DNA of 64,000 nucleotides from Mobula hypostoma (Eukaryota), in NCBI RefSeq assembly GCF_963921235.1, contig NC_086101.1, forward strand, positions 372,001 to 436,000, in the 5' to 3' direction. Shown piece after piece: positions 37,180-49,985 of the stretch. Under the pieces are notes generated by a model. It had not been told where the DNA came from and did not search any database. It saw nothing but the letters and a program-made list of their open reading frames with translations. A program made the translations under genes and the position numbers. Position 1 is the first letter of the stretch. The number at the start of each line of letters is the position of its first letter.

Positions 37180-38748
37180 CTAAAACTACATCAGAGCCTA
37201 AATGTAGTGAGACTCAACGCAATACAAATAGGGTAGGATTAGTGTTAGAAGATACAGGGGAATTTGTCACTTTGGTACCAGGGTAACAGAATGTGCAGGA
37301 TTTTTTTCTTAAGTTAACTGAAATAATGGTGCCTGAATGGGGCTCATCCACAGCAAAACAATTATTTCCTCATCTTCTTGGAAGACAAATAAGAAGGAGT
37401 GAGTTTAGGTCAGTCAAAAATAGAAGGAAGAAGGGACTGTCGAATTACTTGGAGCAGGTTATGCACCAGGTTTAACAACAGTCAATACTTTAGATATAGC
37501 AGAATTGGAAAATCAGGTACAGTCTCTTCAGCTAAAAATGCGGGACATTACTGGAGAAAAATATCGGGATGAGATGCAAACTAGTCAAATCGGTCGGAGT
37601 GCATCACAGGTAACGTTAGATTTTCCTAAATTTCTGAAGCCCGTTCAGGATACAACATATTTGGTAATTGACAACGTAGACCTCCTATCTAAAGGAACTG
37701 AAAAAGCGGAGATCTGTGCTTCCTATACTAGTTGGTTGTTTGCCATGTTTGGTTCGAATATATTACAACTTGTTGCACAGCAATTACCAAATTGGATATT
37801 AGATGAGCAATTAATAAGTGGGTTGGAGAAGAGGTTCCCTTGTGTCAAATTAGAAGTCTTACACTAACCAATAGAGTACTGGGTACTTGTGATGATGGTA
37901 AATGGAGTTTTTATGTTGGTGCAGTATTTCGCATTCCCTGTCATGGAAATAATTTAACTTACTTCTCGAAAATGGTTCACAATGTAGGTAAATATTATAA
38001 GGATACTTGGATGTCATTAAACAATCCACCAAAACATGCTATTGTTATGAATGGCATCGGGAAAGGGATAGACTTATCGACATGTCATCGAGGGTCGGGG
38101 GGCGGGGGGGACCACTAGGCTTGTGAATTGTAGTTTCAGTACTTACGAGAATTGTTCCTTGTCTATTTTGCCTGTGAATAATGATTCTTTTCTGCAGTAT
38201 GCACTGGTGGGACGAACATATTATACAGCAACATCAGCCACGAGTTATACCAAGGGATGGAAAGATAGTCCTTTGGAAAGTCAGAATGTTGCAATTTGGT
38301 ATGTGACTATGGAGGACAAACCTTGTCTCAACCAGCAGAGGAGAAAGTGCTGGAGGAAAATCTTGCAATCCAACGAACTGATACGGATCGATATTTGTAA
38401 GACTATGTTGTTACTGAGTTGCCACCGATTCCTCATTTGACTGCAGACCTGACATCAGTTGTGGAGGAGGCAAAGGAGATAATCCATCAATGGTCTGAAC
38501 GTACAAGTGTTATTGAAACACATGCTGAGAAGGCAAATGAAATATTGAGTGACTCAGACTTTTGGGATAAGTTTCGGAATTGGGGATCAAATGTTCAAAT
38601 ACTTCCATGGGTGAGGATAATCTCACATGCTGCTGTAATATTAATTTGATGTACACTGATAATTGTATTGTTTAATCTGTATCAGTTTACAAGATGGAAG
38701 GCTAAAAATGTAGAGGGTCGTGATTTTGCAGTACTGAGAAAACGATAG
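37180..38748 (+). pseudogene. Decayed viral envelope-like (class I, F-type) fusion glycoprotein gene; endogenous viral element
   Basis: Joined frames give ...GLVLEDTGEFVTLV...KNRRK(R)|GTVELLGAGYAPGLTTVNTLDIAELENQVQSLQLKM (heptads), a Cys/N-glycan-rich middle (IDLSTC, NCSF, NCSL, NDS), a second helix, DFWDKFRNWG, TM WVRIISHAAVILI*CTLIIVLFNLY and a basic tail. Several frameshifts and stops. Confidence 0.68.
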
Positions 38749-39199
38749 CCGGTATAAAAATTGTATTAGGTTAATAAGTAACTATTATAATGCGAGTGCT
38801 GCACACCAGCTGAAGATCCATGGCAATCCAATGGATAGTCAACAGAACAGGGAAGGATAGTGATCCTAAGATAAATATCTTTGGATCAAGCGAAGGGAGA
38901 GGTTGGCCAGAAAGAATTACAATCTACAAATCAGTGAATTCAAATAAATCAAGGATAGTGGAAGCTGTCTTTGTTCTTGCCGCATGCTTGGGGATGGAGG
39001 CTGCCATTTTGTGAAGACACTGTATTCTCCATTTTGTGAGCTTGACATTCTGGGCTTGATCAATGTTTTAAAGAAGATACAATGTTTTTTTTTCAAGTAA
39101 TTCGCTGGACTGGAGATCAATTCCAAATAAGAGGTTATTTGTGAGATGTTCTTTGGTTGGCAATAACATGCAGGTTTGTGAATATTGGTGTTGATTTGT

Positions 39200-39290
39200 G
39201 CTTGATGCACTGAGCCGATAACATAGCGCCACCAGATGTTTGACTCCGTTCTTCAGGTCCTCACTGAATTTGCTCTGCGTCACTGTGTAG
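39200..39290 (-). pseudogene. Orphan 3' fragment (end of TM7/helix 8) of a paralogous GPR139-like GPCR
   Basis: Encodes YTVTQSKFSEDLKNGVKHLV versus YTLSQRKFREELKRGVKYLV in the intact gene; DNA 39231-39290 aligns with 41631-41690. Confidence 0.75.
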
Positions 39291-39696
39291 TGAGGTTAAT
39301 GTATGGGGAAATCTCGTGGACCGAATATGAAATGCAACGAGGTAGTAATGTTCTGTCAAGGCCCAATGGAACTGCTTCTTAACACTGACTTTTTATTCAA
39401 TCTCTCTCGTTTACCGTTATAGAATTCAGCACCCGAGCCGTGTCAACTATTGGTCGGGTCCTGTTCCTGGATTATCGCAATTGGTGGAATTTTAAATTCA
39501 TACATTAGTGGACACAAGATATTAGATTCAACGATTCTTCAGAGCGGGCATTTCAATTACGATTAAAATTAACACACACACACACAAAAGAAAATCCAGG
39601 TTAGTGTTGAAGGCTCAACTAAATTCTCAGCTAATTTCCACACATGGATCGGGCATGATATTCCACACTGATAATCTTCCCTGGTAAATTGACGAA

Positions 39697-40461
39697 ATGG
39701 TTCTTGATTACCTAACTGGCAGACCACGGTACGTGTGCTTGCAACACTCTGTGTCCGACAGAGTGATCAGCAGCACTGGGGTTCCACAGGGGACTGTCTT
39801 GTCTCCCTTTCTCTTCACCATTTACACTTCAGACTTCAACTACTGCACGGAGTCTTGTCATCTTCAGAAGTTTTAGGATGACTCTGCCATAGTTGGATGC
39901 ATCAGCAAGGGAGATGAGCCTGAGTACAGGGCTACGGTAGGAAACTTTGTCACATGTTGTGAGCAGAATTATCTGCAGCTTAATGTGAAAAAGACTAAGG
40001 AGCTGGTGGTAGACCTGAGGAGAGCTAAGGTACCGGTGACCCCAGATTCCATCCAGGGGGTCAGTGTGGACATGGTAGAGGATTACAAATACCTGGGGAT
40101 ACGAACTGACAATAAACTGGACTGGTCAAAGAACACTGAGGCTGTCTACAAGAAGGGTCAGAGCCGTCTCTATTTCCTGAGGAGACTGAGGTCCTTTAAC
40201 ATCTGCCGGACGATGGTGAGGATGTTCTATGAGTCTTTGGTGGTCAGTGTGATCATGTTTGCTGTTGTGTGCTGGGGCAGCAGGCTGAGGGTGGCAGACA
40301 CCAACAGAATCAACAAACTCATTCGTAAGGCCAGTGATGTTGTGGGGATGGAACTGGACACGGTGGTGTCTGAAAAGAGGATGCTGTCTAAGTTGCATGC
40401 TATCTTGGTCAATGTCGCCCATCCACTACATAATGAACTGGTTGGGCACAGGAGTACATTC
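39697..40461 (+). mobile_element. Rex1/Babar-type LINE fragment
   Basis: G.PQGTVLSPFLFT.YT, KF.DDSAIVG and ORF 39985..40617 (KKTKELVVDLRR...SRLYFLRRLRSF). Nearly identical to 48760-49540. Confidence 0.88.
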
Positions 40462-41602
40462 TTCCTCATCTCCTTTCTAAAAGGACGCCCTTCCGTTCCG
40501 AGACTGTGCGGGCATAGATTCGCCCACCACAGGAAACATCCTCTGCAGATCCACTCTAAGACCTTACACCAAGAGATCGGTTCACCCCTGATTCTTCTGA
40601 AATATAGAATACACTAGATGGAGCCATGAAACGCTCTTCCTATGACAAGCCATTCAATCCTGGAATCTTTTGCGTGAACCTTCTTTTGAAACCCCTCCAG
40701 GTTCAGTACACACTTTCTAAGATAAGGGGCGCGAACCTTTTCACAATACTCCTATGACAGCACTGACAACACTGTCGGTGTACATACACCTCAGGGACTG
40801 CAACCGTTCAAGAAGGCTGCTCATCACCTCAAGGACAACAAATGGTGGATTTGCTGCTGATGACTACTTCCCATAAATGAATACAGTTTAAAAAATAAAG
40901 CTTTACCAACGCGCTTTATAACCTTTCAATATTACATCCGTGCATCATTCCATTATGTTTGATTTATTGTCCCTCTCAGCCCCATTCTTCCGCATTCTCC
41001 CTGTAACCTTTGACAACCTTCCGGCAGAAAGGGTGGGAAGCATTTCTTTTTCACGCCATAGCTGCATTTCTGACACCATCTCCTCTCAGTAAGACTGCTA
41101 CACATCTACATTTACGGGTCAGATTGGGGCGTCGTGCAGTTTTAGGGATCGCGTGCTTTCCGAATGAAAATGTGTAGTCACATATTTTTCACTATTACAA
41201 TGGAGATTGTGGGTATCCCAGCTTGCTTTAACTGGCAGCAGCTTTCCAGCTTTCAGGGTTATTCCTCCAGTTCTTACAGAAATCCCTGGAATGATCCATA
41301 GTCTGGTGAATTAAAATAGAATTCTACCAATGTAAGAAAAATCATTTTAGCTTTACATGATTCTTTGGCCCAGATTCTGGCATTAATCGAAAATTTGGAA
41401 TAACATTTCTGGTAATGTAGCGATCATATCAGTACTTTTTTGTTGTTTGTTCAATTGAATTAATTTTGCTGACTTTACTGGAACTGGAAAACTACTAATA
41501 TTCGCCCTCTTGGTTGCTGGAATATAGGGACAATTGCCGGACATATAAATAACATAGAAATGTATTTAAACTCTCGTCAAATCATACAATTCGATTTGCC
41601 TT

Positions 41603-42501
41603 TTAACTACAAGGCCGACCATTGAACGTAACCAGATATTTGACTCCACGCTTCAGCTCCTCCCTGAATTTCCTCTGTGACAGAGTGTAGATACACGTGT
41701 TGGTGCAGCTGGAGAGAAATTGCAACATGAACCCGAACTGTTGCAGGACATACGTCGGGGTATTCAAATATCTGTCTGTGTAAAAGTAATTCTGAATTTC
41801 CCAGCTCATAGTATATACAATTATGGGGATCCACAACAATATGAAATTGGCTGACAGAGCAAACAACAAAATTATTGACCTTCTCCGGTTCTCCACCTCC
41901 GGATCATTCTTTTTCTCTCTGCTGTTCCTGATCCCCCGGCGAACTCTGTTTGCCGCGACAATGTGACTGACTGTTAAAGCATTAAAAAGCAGAATCAAAC
42001 CGATCGGCAACAGAGGTGTAATGATGGTGTTAAACAACTGGTATGCCTTCCACGCTGGTAAAGTAAGGAGATGCATTCGCAAAATACATCGCCAGGGTAT
42101 ATTGTCAATGAGAACGTAAAGATCTACCAGAAAGTACAATGGAACACACTTTGCACAACTTCCTAAACTGACAATCACAATCGCAATAGTCGCTGTCCTC
42201 TCGGTGCAGTATCGTTCCCGCAGCTTTTGATTACAAATTGCAACGCAGCGATCGAAAGTGAAAGCAACCGTGAACCAAACAGAAGAGTCCACGGTTGCGA
42301 CCCTCAGGACAAGAGTCAGGGCGCAAACCGGTGTAATGAGCAAAGGAAGAGAATAATTGTAAATACTATTAATCTGATCGAGTACAACAGCAATAATAAC
42401 ACCCAATAAATCAGCTGCTGCCATTCCCACCAGGTAACGGGAGATACATTTCGAGAGTCCGCAGTTTCCCTGAGACAGGATCACAATCGCCACTAAATTG
42501 A
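41603..42501 (-). CDS. Class A orphan GPCR (GPR139/GPR142-like), coding exon 2 (end of TM1 to C-terminus)
   Basis: Phase-1 acceptor ccttgcag|; motifs YLVGMAAADLL (TM2), SVWFTVAFTFDRCVAIC (TM3), NFILLWIP (TM6), SSCTNTCIY (TM7) and helix 8; stop TAA. Confidence 0.92.
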
Positions 42502-42615
42502 CTGCAAGGAAGCAAAGAAGAGTTAGGTTCATGCGTGGAAACTCGGATCATTTTTATTGGATATGCATGCACTGAAATGTGCTGAATCGGACTGAATGAA
42601 TCTCAGACATCTGAT

Positions 42616-42892
42616 CAAGATTCAAGATTCAAGATTCAAAAAGCATTATTGTCATTCTAACCGTATATCAGCTCTGCAGGGCAGAATGAGACAGCGTTTC
42701 CCGGGACCAGTGCAATCATAACATAACAAACGCAACACTAAATAATAAACATAACAATGAATAGTAAAACACAACAGCCACATATCAGTTAAAATCAAGT
42801 TATAAGTGTCCAGTGCAAGTTAAATGTGTCCAAAGCAGATTAAGGTAGAGCAGCTATTTAGCAGTCGGACTGTCTGTGGGAGGAAGCTGTTT
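42616..42892 (-). mobile_element. LINE 3' end (Rex-type) with (TTGAATC)n tail
   Basis: (TCAAGAT)3 at 42616-42638, an AATAAT polyA-like motif, and NSFLPQTVRLLN-like coding remnant at 42855-42890. Confidence 0.55.
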
Positions 42893-42894
42893 AA

Positions 42895-45800
42895 GGACAT
42901 AGAATAGTACAGCACAGTACAGGCCCTTTGGCACCCAATGTTGTGCCGAACCTCAAACCCTGCTTCCCATTTAAGCTCCCACCTTAAATTCCCCCACATA
43001 CCTGTCTAGTCTCTTAAACTTTACCAGTGTATCTGCCTCCACCACTGACTCAGGCAGGGCATTCCACGCACCAACCACTCTCTGAGTAAAAAACCTTCCT
43101 CTAATATCCCGCTTGAACTTCCCACCCCTTACGTTAAAGCCATGTCCTCTTGTATTGAGCAGTGGTGCCTTGGGAAATAGGCGCTGGCTATCCACTCTAT
43201 CTATTCCTCTTATTATCTTGTATACCTCTATCATGTCTCCTCTCTCTTCCTTCTCTCCAAAGAGTAAAGCCCTAGCTCCCTTAAACTCTGATCATAATGC
43301 ATGCTCTCTAAACCAAGCAACATCCTCGTAAATCTCCTCTGTACCCTTTCCAATGCTTCCACATCCTTCCTATAGTGAGGCTACCAGAACTGGACACAGT
43401 ACTCCAAGTGTGGCCTAAACAGAGGTTTATAGAGCTGCATCATTACATCGCGACTCTTAAACTCTACCCCTGGACTTATGAAAGCTAACACCCCATAAGC
43501 TTTCTTAACTACCCTATCTGTGGACATGTACCCCTAGATCCCTCTGCTCCTCCACACTACCAAGTCTCCTGCCATTTACTTTGCACTCTGCCTTGAAGAT
43601 GGTCCTTCCAAAGTGTATCACCTCACACTTCTCCAGGTTGAACTCTATCTGCCACTCCTCAGCCCACTTCTGCATCCTATCAATGTCTCTCTGCAATCTT
43701 TGACAATCCTCTACACTATCTACAACAACACCAACACTTGTATCGTCTGCAAACTTGCCAACCCACACTTCTACAACCACATCCAGGTCGTTAATAAAAA
43801 TAGCTAAAAGTAGTGGTCCCACAACAGATCCTTGTTGGACACCACTAGTCACAATCCTCCAATATGAATGTACTCCCTCGACCACGACCCTCTGCCTTCT
43901 GCAGGCAAGCCAATTCTGAATCCACCTGGCCAAACCTCCCTGGATCCCATGCCTTCTGACTTTCTGAATAAGCCTACTGTGTGGAACCTTTTCAAATGCC
44001 TTACTAAAATCCATATAGATCACATCCACTGCACTACCCTCATCTATATGCTTGGTCACCTCCTCCAAGAAACCTATCAGGCTTGTTAGACACGATCTGC
44101 TCTTTAAAAAGACATGCTGACTGTCCCTGATCAGACCATTATTCTCTAAATGCCCAGAGATCCTATCTCTAAGAATCTTTTCCAACAGCTTTCCCACCAC
44201 ATACGTAAGGCTCAGTGGTCTATAATTACCCGGACTATCCCTACTACCTTTTTTGAACAAGGGGACAACATTCGCTTCCCGCCAATCCTCCGGTACCATT
44301 CCCGTGGACAACGAGGACATAAAGATCCTAGCCAGACGCTCAGCAATCTCTTCCCTCGCCTCGTGGAGCAGCCTGGGGAATATTCCGTCAGGCCCCGGGG
44401 ACTTATCCGTCCTAATGTATTTTAACAACTCCAACACCTCATCTCCCTTAATATGAACATGCTCCACAACATCTACCTCATTCAGATTGTCCTCACCATC
44501 ATCAAGTTCCCTTTCATTGGTGAATACAGAAGAGAAGTATTCATTGAGAACCCCGCTGACTTCCACAGCCTGCAGGCACATCTTCCCACCTTTATCTCTA
44601 ATCAGTCCTACTTTCACTCCTGTCATCCTTTTTTTCCTTCACATAATTGAAGAATGACTTGGGGTTTGCCTTTACCCTACTCGCCAAAGCATTGTCATGC
44701 CCCCTTCTTGCACTTCTCAACCCCTTCTTAAACTCCTTTCTTGCTTCCCTATATTCCTCAATAGACCATCTGATCCTTGATTCCTAAACCTCATGTATGC
44801 TGCCTTCTTCCACCTGACTAGATTTTCCACCTCACTTGTCAACCATGGTTCCTTCACCCTACCATTCTTTATCTTCCTCACCGGGACAAATTTATCCCTA
44901 ACATCCTGCAAGAGATCCCTAAACATCGACCACATGTCCATAGTACATTTCGCTGCAAAAACATCATCCCAATTCACACCCGCAAATTCTAGCCTTATAG
45001 CCACATAATTTGCCCTTCCCCAATTAAAAATTTTCCTGTCCTCTTTGATTCTATCCTTTTCCATGATAATACTGAAACCAGGGATCGGAGGTCACTGTCC
45101 CCCAGATGCTCACCCACTGAGAGATCTGTGATCTGACCCGGTTCATTACCATGTACTAGATCTAGTATGGCATTCCCCCTGGTCGGCCTGTCCACATACT
45201 GTGACAGGAATCGGTCCTGGACACACTTAACAAACTCTGCCCCATCTAAACCCTTGGAACTAATCAGGTGTCAATCAACATTAGGGAAGTTAAAGAACCC
45301 ATGATAACGACCCTGTTATTTTTGAACCTTTCCAAAATTAGCCTCCCAATCTGTTCCTCGGTATCTCTGCTGCTACCAGAGGGCCTGTAGAATACCCCCA
45401 GTAGAGTAACTGCTCCCTTCCTGTTCCTGACTTCCACCCATACTGACTCAAAAGAGGATCCTGCTACATTACCCACTATTTCTGTAGCTGTAATAGTATC
45501 CCTGACCAGTAATGCCACCCCTCCTCCCTTTTATCCGCCCTCCCTATCCCTTTTAAAGCACTGAAATCCAGGAATATTGATAATCCATTCCTGCCCTGGT
45601 GCCAGCTAAGTCTCTGTAATGGTCACTACATCATAATTCCATGTATGTATCCAAGCTCTCAGTTCATCACCTTTCTTGCTGATGCTTCTTGCATTGAGGT
45701 ACACACATTTGAGCCCTTCTACCTTACTGTCTATACACCGTTTATTCTGCTTCTCTTTCCTCAAAGCCTCTCTATATGTTAGATCTGGCTTTACTCCACG

Positions 45801-46603
45801 CACTTGTTTCACTGCTCTGTCGCTCTGGGTCCCATCCCCCTTGCAAATTAGTTTAAACCCCCCCCCCCGAACCATGCTAGCAAACCTACCTGCTAGGATA
45901 TTGCTCCCCCTCGAGTTCAAGTGCAATCCATCCAATCTGTACAGGTCCTACCTTCCCCAGAAGAGATCCGAATGATCCAAAAATCTAAAACCCTGCCTCC
46001 CTGCATCAACTCCTCAGCCACGCATTCAACTGCCATCTCCTCCAATTCTTACCATCGCTGTCACGTAGTACTGGCAGCAATCCTGAGAACACCACCCTTG
46101 AGGTCCTGTTCTTTAGCCTTCTGCCTAGTTCCCGAAACTCACACTTCAGGACCTCATCCCTCTTCCTGCCTGTGTCGTTGGTCCCAACATGTATCACGAC
46201 TTCTGGTTGTTTTCCCTCCCGTACCAGGACGTCGTGCACCCGGTCAGAGACATCCCGGACCCCGGCACCCGGAAGGCAACAAACCATGCGGGTGTCCTTC
46301 TCGTGTCCACAAAATCTCCTGTCTGCTCCCCTGACTATAGAGTCTCCAATGACGACAGCTCTCCTCTTGTCCGTCCCACCCTTCTGCACCACCAGGTCAG
46401 ACTCAGTGCCGGAGGCCCTGCCACCGTGTCTCACACCTGGTCGGTCGTCCCCGCCAACAGTATCCAGGACGGTAAACTTATTATTCAGGGGAATGTCTAC
46501 AGGAGTGATCTGCACTACCTGTCTGCTCACCTTTGCTTTCCCCCCTCTCACTGTCACCCAATGACCTGCTTCCTACAGCCTAGGTGTGACTACCTCCCTG
46601 TAG
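42895..46603 (-). mobile_element. Near-full-length CR1 LINE (ORF1 esterase, ORF2 APE + RT), frameshifted, in the GPCR intron
   Basis: ORF1 VVIGDSIVRG...HVGTND (46006..46557); APE YLNARSI...ITET and GVFYRP; RT 43514..44626; 3' tail at ~42895. Confidence 0.92.
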
Positions 46604-46990
46604 CCTTGCGGTTTTAGTTTTGATGCTCCTGTAACGTTTGCCTGATGGCAGAAGAACAAACAGTTCATGGAGAGGGTCTGAGGGGTCTTTAATGATGTAC
46701 CGTGTCTTCTGGAGGCATTGACTCTGAAAGAGGTCTTGGACAGAAGGTAGGGAGACCCCAATAACCTTCTCTGCTCCCCTAACCACCCTCTGCAAGGCTT
46801 TTTTGTCGACAGCACTGCAGCTGGAGTACCAGGTTGTGATGCAAAAGGTCGGTACACTCTCAACCACACCTCTGTAGAATGTAGTTAAGAAGTTAGTGGG
46901 GAGTGATGCTTGTTTAAGCTTCCTCAGAAAGTGAAATCTCTGCTGGGCCCGTTTCACAATTCTAGTGGCGTTCCTATGCCGGCTCAGGCT
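46604..46990 (-). mobile_element. Rex1/Babar-type LINE fragment
   Basis: KRAQQRFHFLRKLKQA...FYRGVVES...LLPSGKRYRS in ORF 46580..47053. Confidence 0.78.
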
Positions 46991-47734
46991 GACTTCGATT
47001 CGTAGAGTGGAAATGTTGTTCGTATTGGCTCTGTCACTTTCCTTCGATTTCATGATAACGAAGGGGCCGAGTAACAGCTGAGCTGCAACTTTTGAGTTGA
47101 CAGCAGTTTTTTCGGTGAGCGGCTTATTGACCCACTCATCTAGACAGACCCATCATTGTAACTGAGACTTCTGAAGGTTTTATAACTTGCTGAAATAAAA
47201 TTGAATCAGGGAAACTCTTTCTTCGGAGATAACATTTTGGAGTTAAGGAACGGCAGAGCTGAATGCATGTTTCGATGTAGAGGTGGCAAATATATTTGAA
47301 TCTTGTACTTTGCGACAGAGACACAGCATAAATACTTTTACCACCCCATTTTGTGAAGTGGATGTAGGAAATAAAATAAACATTATCTTATCTAATCGTA
47401 TCTAAATTAAAACCACCCATAGAAAGAAGACACAGTAAAAAGAAAAAAAATTGCACATTACTGTGGCAATTTCGAAGACACTTCGACAAATAGAAATAAA
47501 AGTTTACACCGAGACCGAGAGGAGTAAACAGAGTGTTGTCAAAAAAAAAATGAAGCTCACAGAGAGAGCTGCAGCGATGATAAATATTTTGTTTTCATTT
47601 CAGTAAACGTTTGGGTTTCTATATTGATGTAGAATCAGAGTTAGAAAACTACGTGCCGGTAAAGCTGGACGGTCGAGTAGGGTAAAATACTAGAACAATC
47701 TCAATATTAACATTTAATCAATTGTCAATATTGA

Positions 47735-49800
47735 TGGACTCACAGAGTGCATCACTGATTACATCAACTTCTGTGTGGACTGCAATGTTCCGACAAGAAC
47801 TGTCCTTTGTTATTCAAATAACAAGCCATGGGTAACAAAGGACATTAAGGACATCCTGAACGCTAAAAAGAGGGTGTTTAGAGATGGAAATAGGGAGGAG
47901 CTGAGGGCAATACAGAGGGACCTGAAAGCCAGGATACAGGAGGAAGCTTGAGTGGAAACTCCAGCAGAACAACATGAGAGAGGTCTGGAGGGGGATGAGG
48001 ACCATCACTGGGTTCCGGCAAACTAACAACAGAGGAGCTGAAGGCAGTGTGGACAGGGCCAACGAACTTAACCTGTTCTTAACAGATTTGACATTGTGGC
48101 CCCTGCCCATCCCCCACATGAGTCATCTGTTGTCGGCCCCCAACCAACACATATTACACTCTCCCCTCCTACCCCTCCTCACAGTCCCAACCCTGCTCTC
48201 ATGACTATACCCCTTCCCCACACGAAACCACCACGGTGGGCTTTACAGCTGAACAGGTGAGAAGACAGCTGAAAAGTCTCAACCCAAGCAAGGCTGCAGG
48301 ACCGGATGGTGTCAGTACCAGGGTGCTCAAAGCCTGTGCCCCTCAGCTATGTGGAGTACTTCGCCATGTATTCAACATGAGCCTGGGGCTCCGGAGGGAT
48401 CCTGTGCTGTTGAAGACGTCCTGCCTCGTCCCTGTGCCGAAGACGCCGCACCCCAGCGGCCTCAATGACTACAGACCGGTGGCATTGACATCCCACATCA
48501 TGAAGACCCTGGAGAGACTTGTTCTGGATCTGCTCTGGCCTATGGTCAGGCCAGACTTAGATCCCCTTCAGTTCGCCAACCAGCCCCGACTAGGAGTTGA
48601 GGATGCCATCGTCTACCTGCTGAACCGTGTCTACGCCCACCTGGACAAGCCAGCGAGCACTGTGAGGGTCATGTTTTTTTGACTTCTCCAGTGCGTTCAA
48701 CACCATCCGCCCTGCTCTGCTGGGGGAGAAGCTGACAGCGATGCAGGTGGATGCTTCCCTGGTGTCATGGATCTTGATTACCTGACTGGCAGATCACAGT
48801 ACGTGTGCTTGCAAAACTGTGTGTCCGACAGAGTGATCAGTAGCACTGGGGCTCCAAAGGGGACTGCATTGTCTCTCTTTCTCTTCACCATTTACACCTC
48901 GGACTTCAACTACTGCACAGAGTCTTGTCAACTTCAGAAGTTTTCTGATGACTCTGCCATAGTTGGATGCATCAGCAAGGGAGATGAGGCTGAGTACAGG
49001 GCTATCGTAGGAAACATTGTCACATGGTGTGAGCAGAATTATCTGCAGCTTAAAGCGAAAAAGACTAAGGAGCTGGTGGTAGATCTGAGGAGATCTAAGG
49101 TACCAGTGACCCCTGTTTCCATCCAGGGTGTCAGTGTGGACATGGTGGAGGATTACATATACCTGGGAATACGAGGTGACAATAACCTGGGACTGGTTAA
49201 AGAACACTGAGGCTGTCTTCAAGAAGGGTCAGAACCGTTTCTATTTCCTGAGGAGACTAAGGTCCTTTAACATCTGCCTGTCGATGCTGAGGATCTTCTA
49301 CGAGTCTGTGGTGGCCAGTGCTATCATGTTTGCTGACGTGTGCTGGGGCAGCAGGCTGAGGGTAGCAGACAGCAACAGAATCAATGAACTCATTCGTTTG
49401 CCAGTGATGTTGTGGGGATGGAACTGGACTCTCTGACGGTGGTGTCTGAAAAGAGGATATTATCGAAGTTGCATGCCATCTTGGACAATGTCTCCCATCC
49501 ACTACATAACGTACTGAGTGGGCACAGGAGTACATTCAGCCAGAGACTCATTCCACCGAGATGCAACACAGAGCGTCATAGGAAGTCATTCCTGCCTGTG
49601 GCCATCAAACTTTACAACTCTTCCCTTGGAGGGTCAGACACCCTGAGCCAATAGGCTGGTCCTGGACTTATTTCCTGGCATAATTTACATATTACTATTT
49701 AACTATTTATGGTTTTATTACTATTTATTATTTATAGTGCAACTGTAACGAAAACCAATTTCCCCTGGGATAAATAAAGTATGTCTATGACTTTGACTAT
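47735..49800 (+). mobile_element. 5'-truncated Rex1/Babar-type LINE with RT and 3' tail
   Basis: KAAGPDG, NDYRPVALTSHIMK.LERL, DFSSAFNTI, KFSDDSAIVG; AATAAA plus a (TATGAC)-like tail at 49773-49800. Confidence 0.9.
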
Positions 49801-49985
49801 AATATGTCCAATCATATTGATCGGACATCAGAAGCGTGTAGCAATTTCAGAGAAAAAGAGTGAAAGAGTAAAATAAAATATATACTAAAGCCTGAACAGG
49901 CTTAAAACATTCATCAGATGAGAGACCATCTGTAACAAATGTTATAAACTCACTCATACTGTAATAGCCAATTCCAGTTACTTAC

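Noticed and set aside
42502..42532. ATG at 42532 as the start of a single-exon GPCR
   Set aside because: It lies in the intronic pyrimidine tract and leaves TM1 incomplete. The exon at 49986-50055 supplies TM1 with a matching phase.
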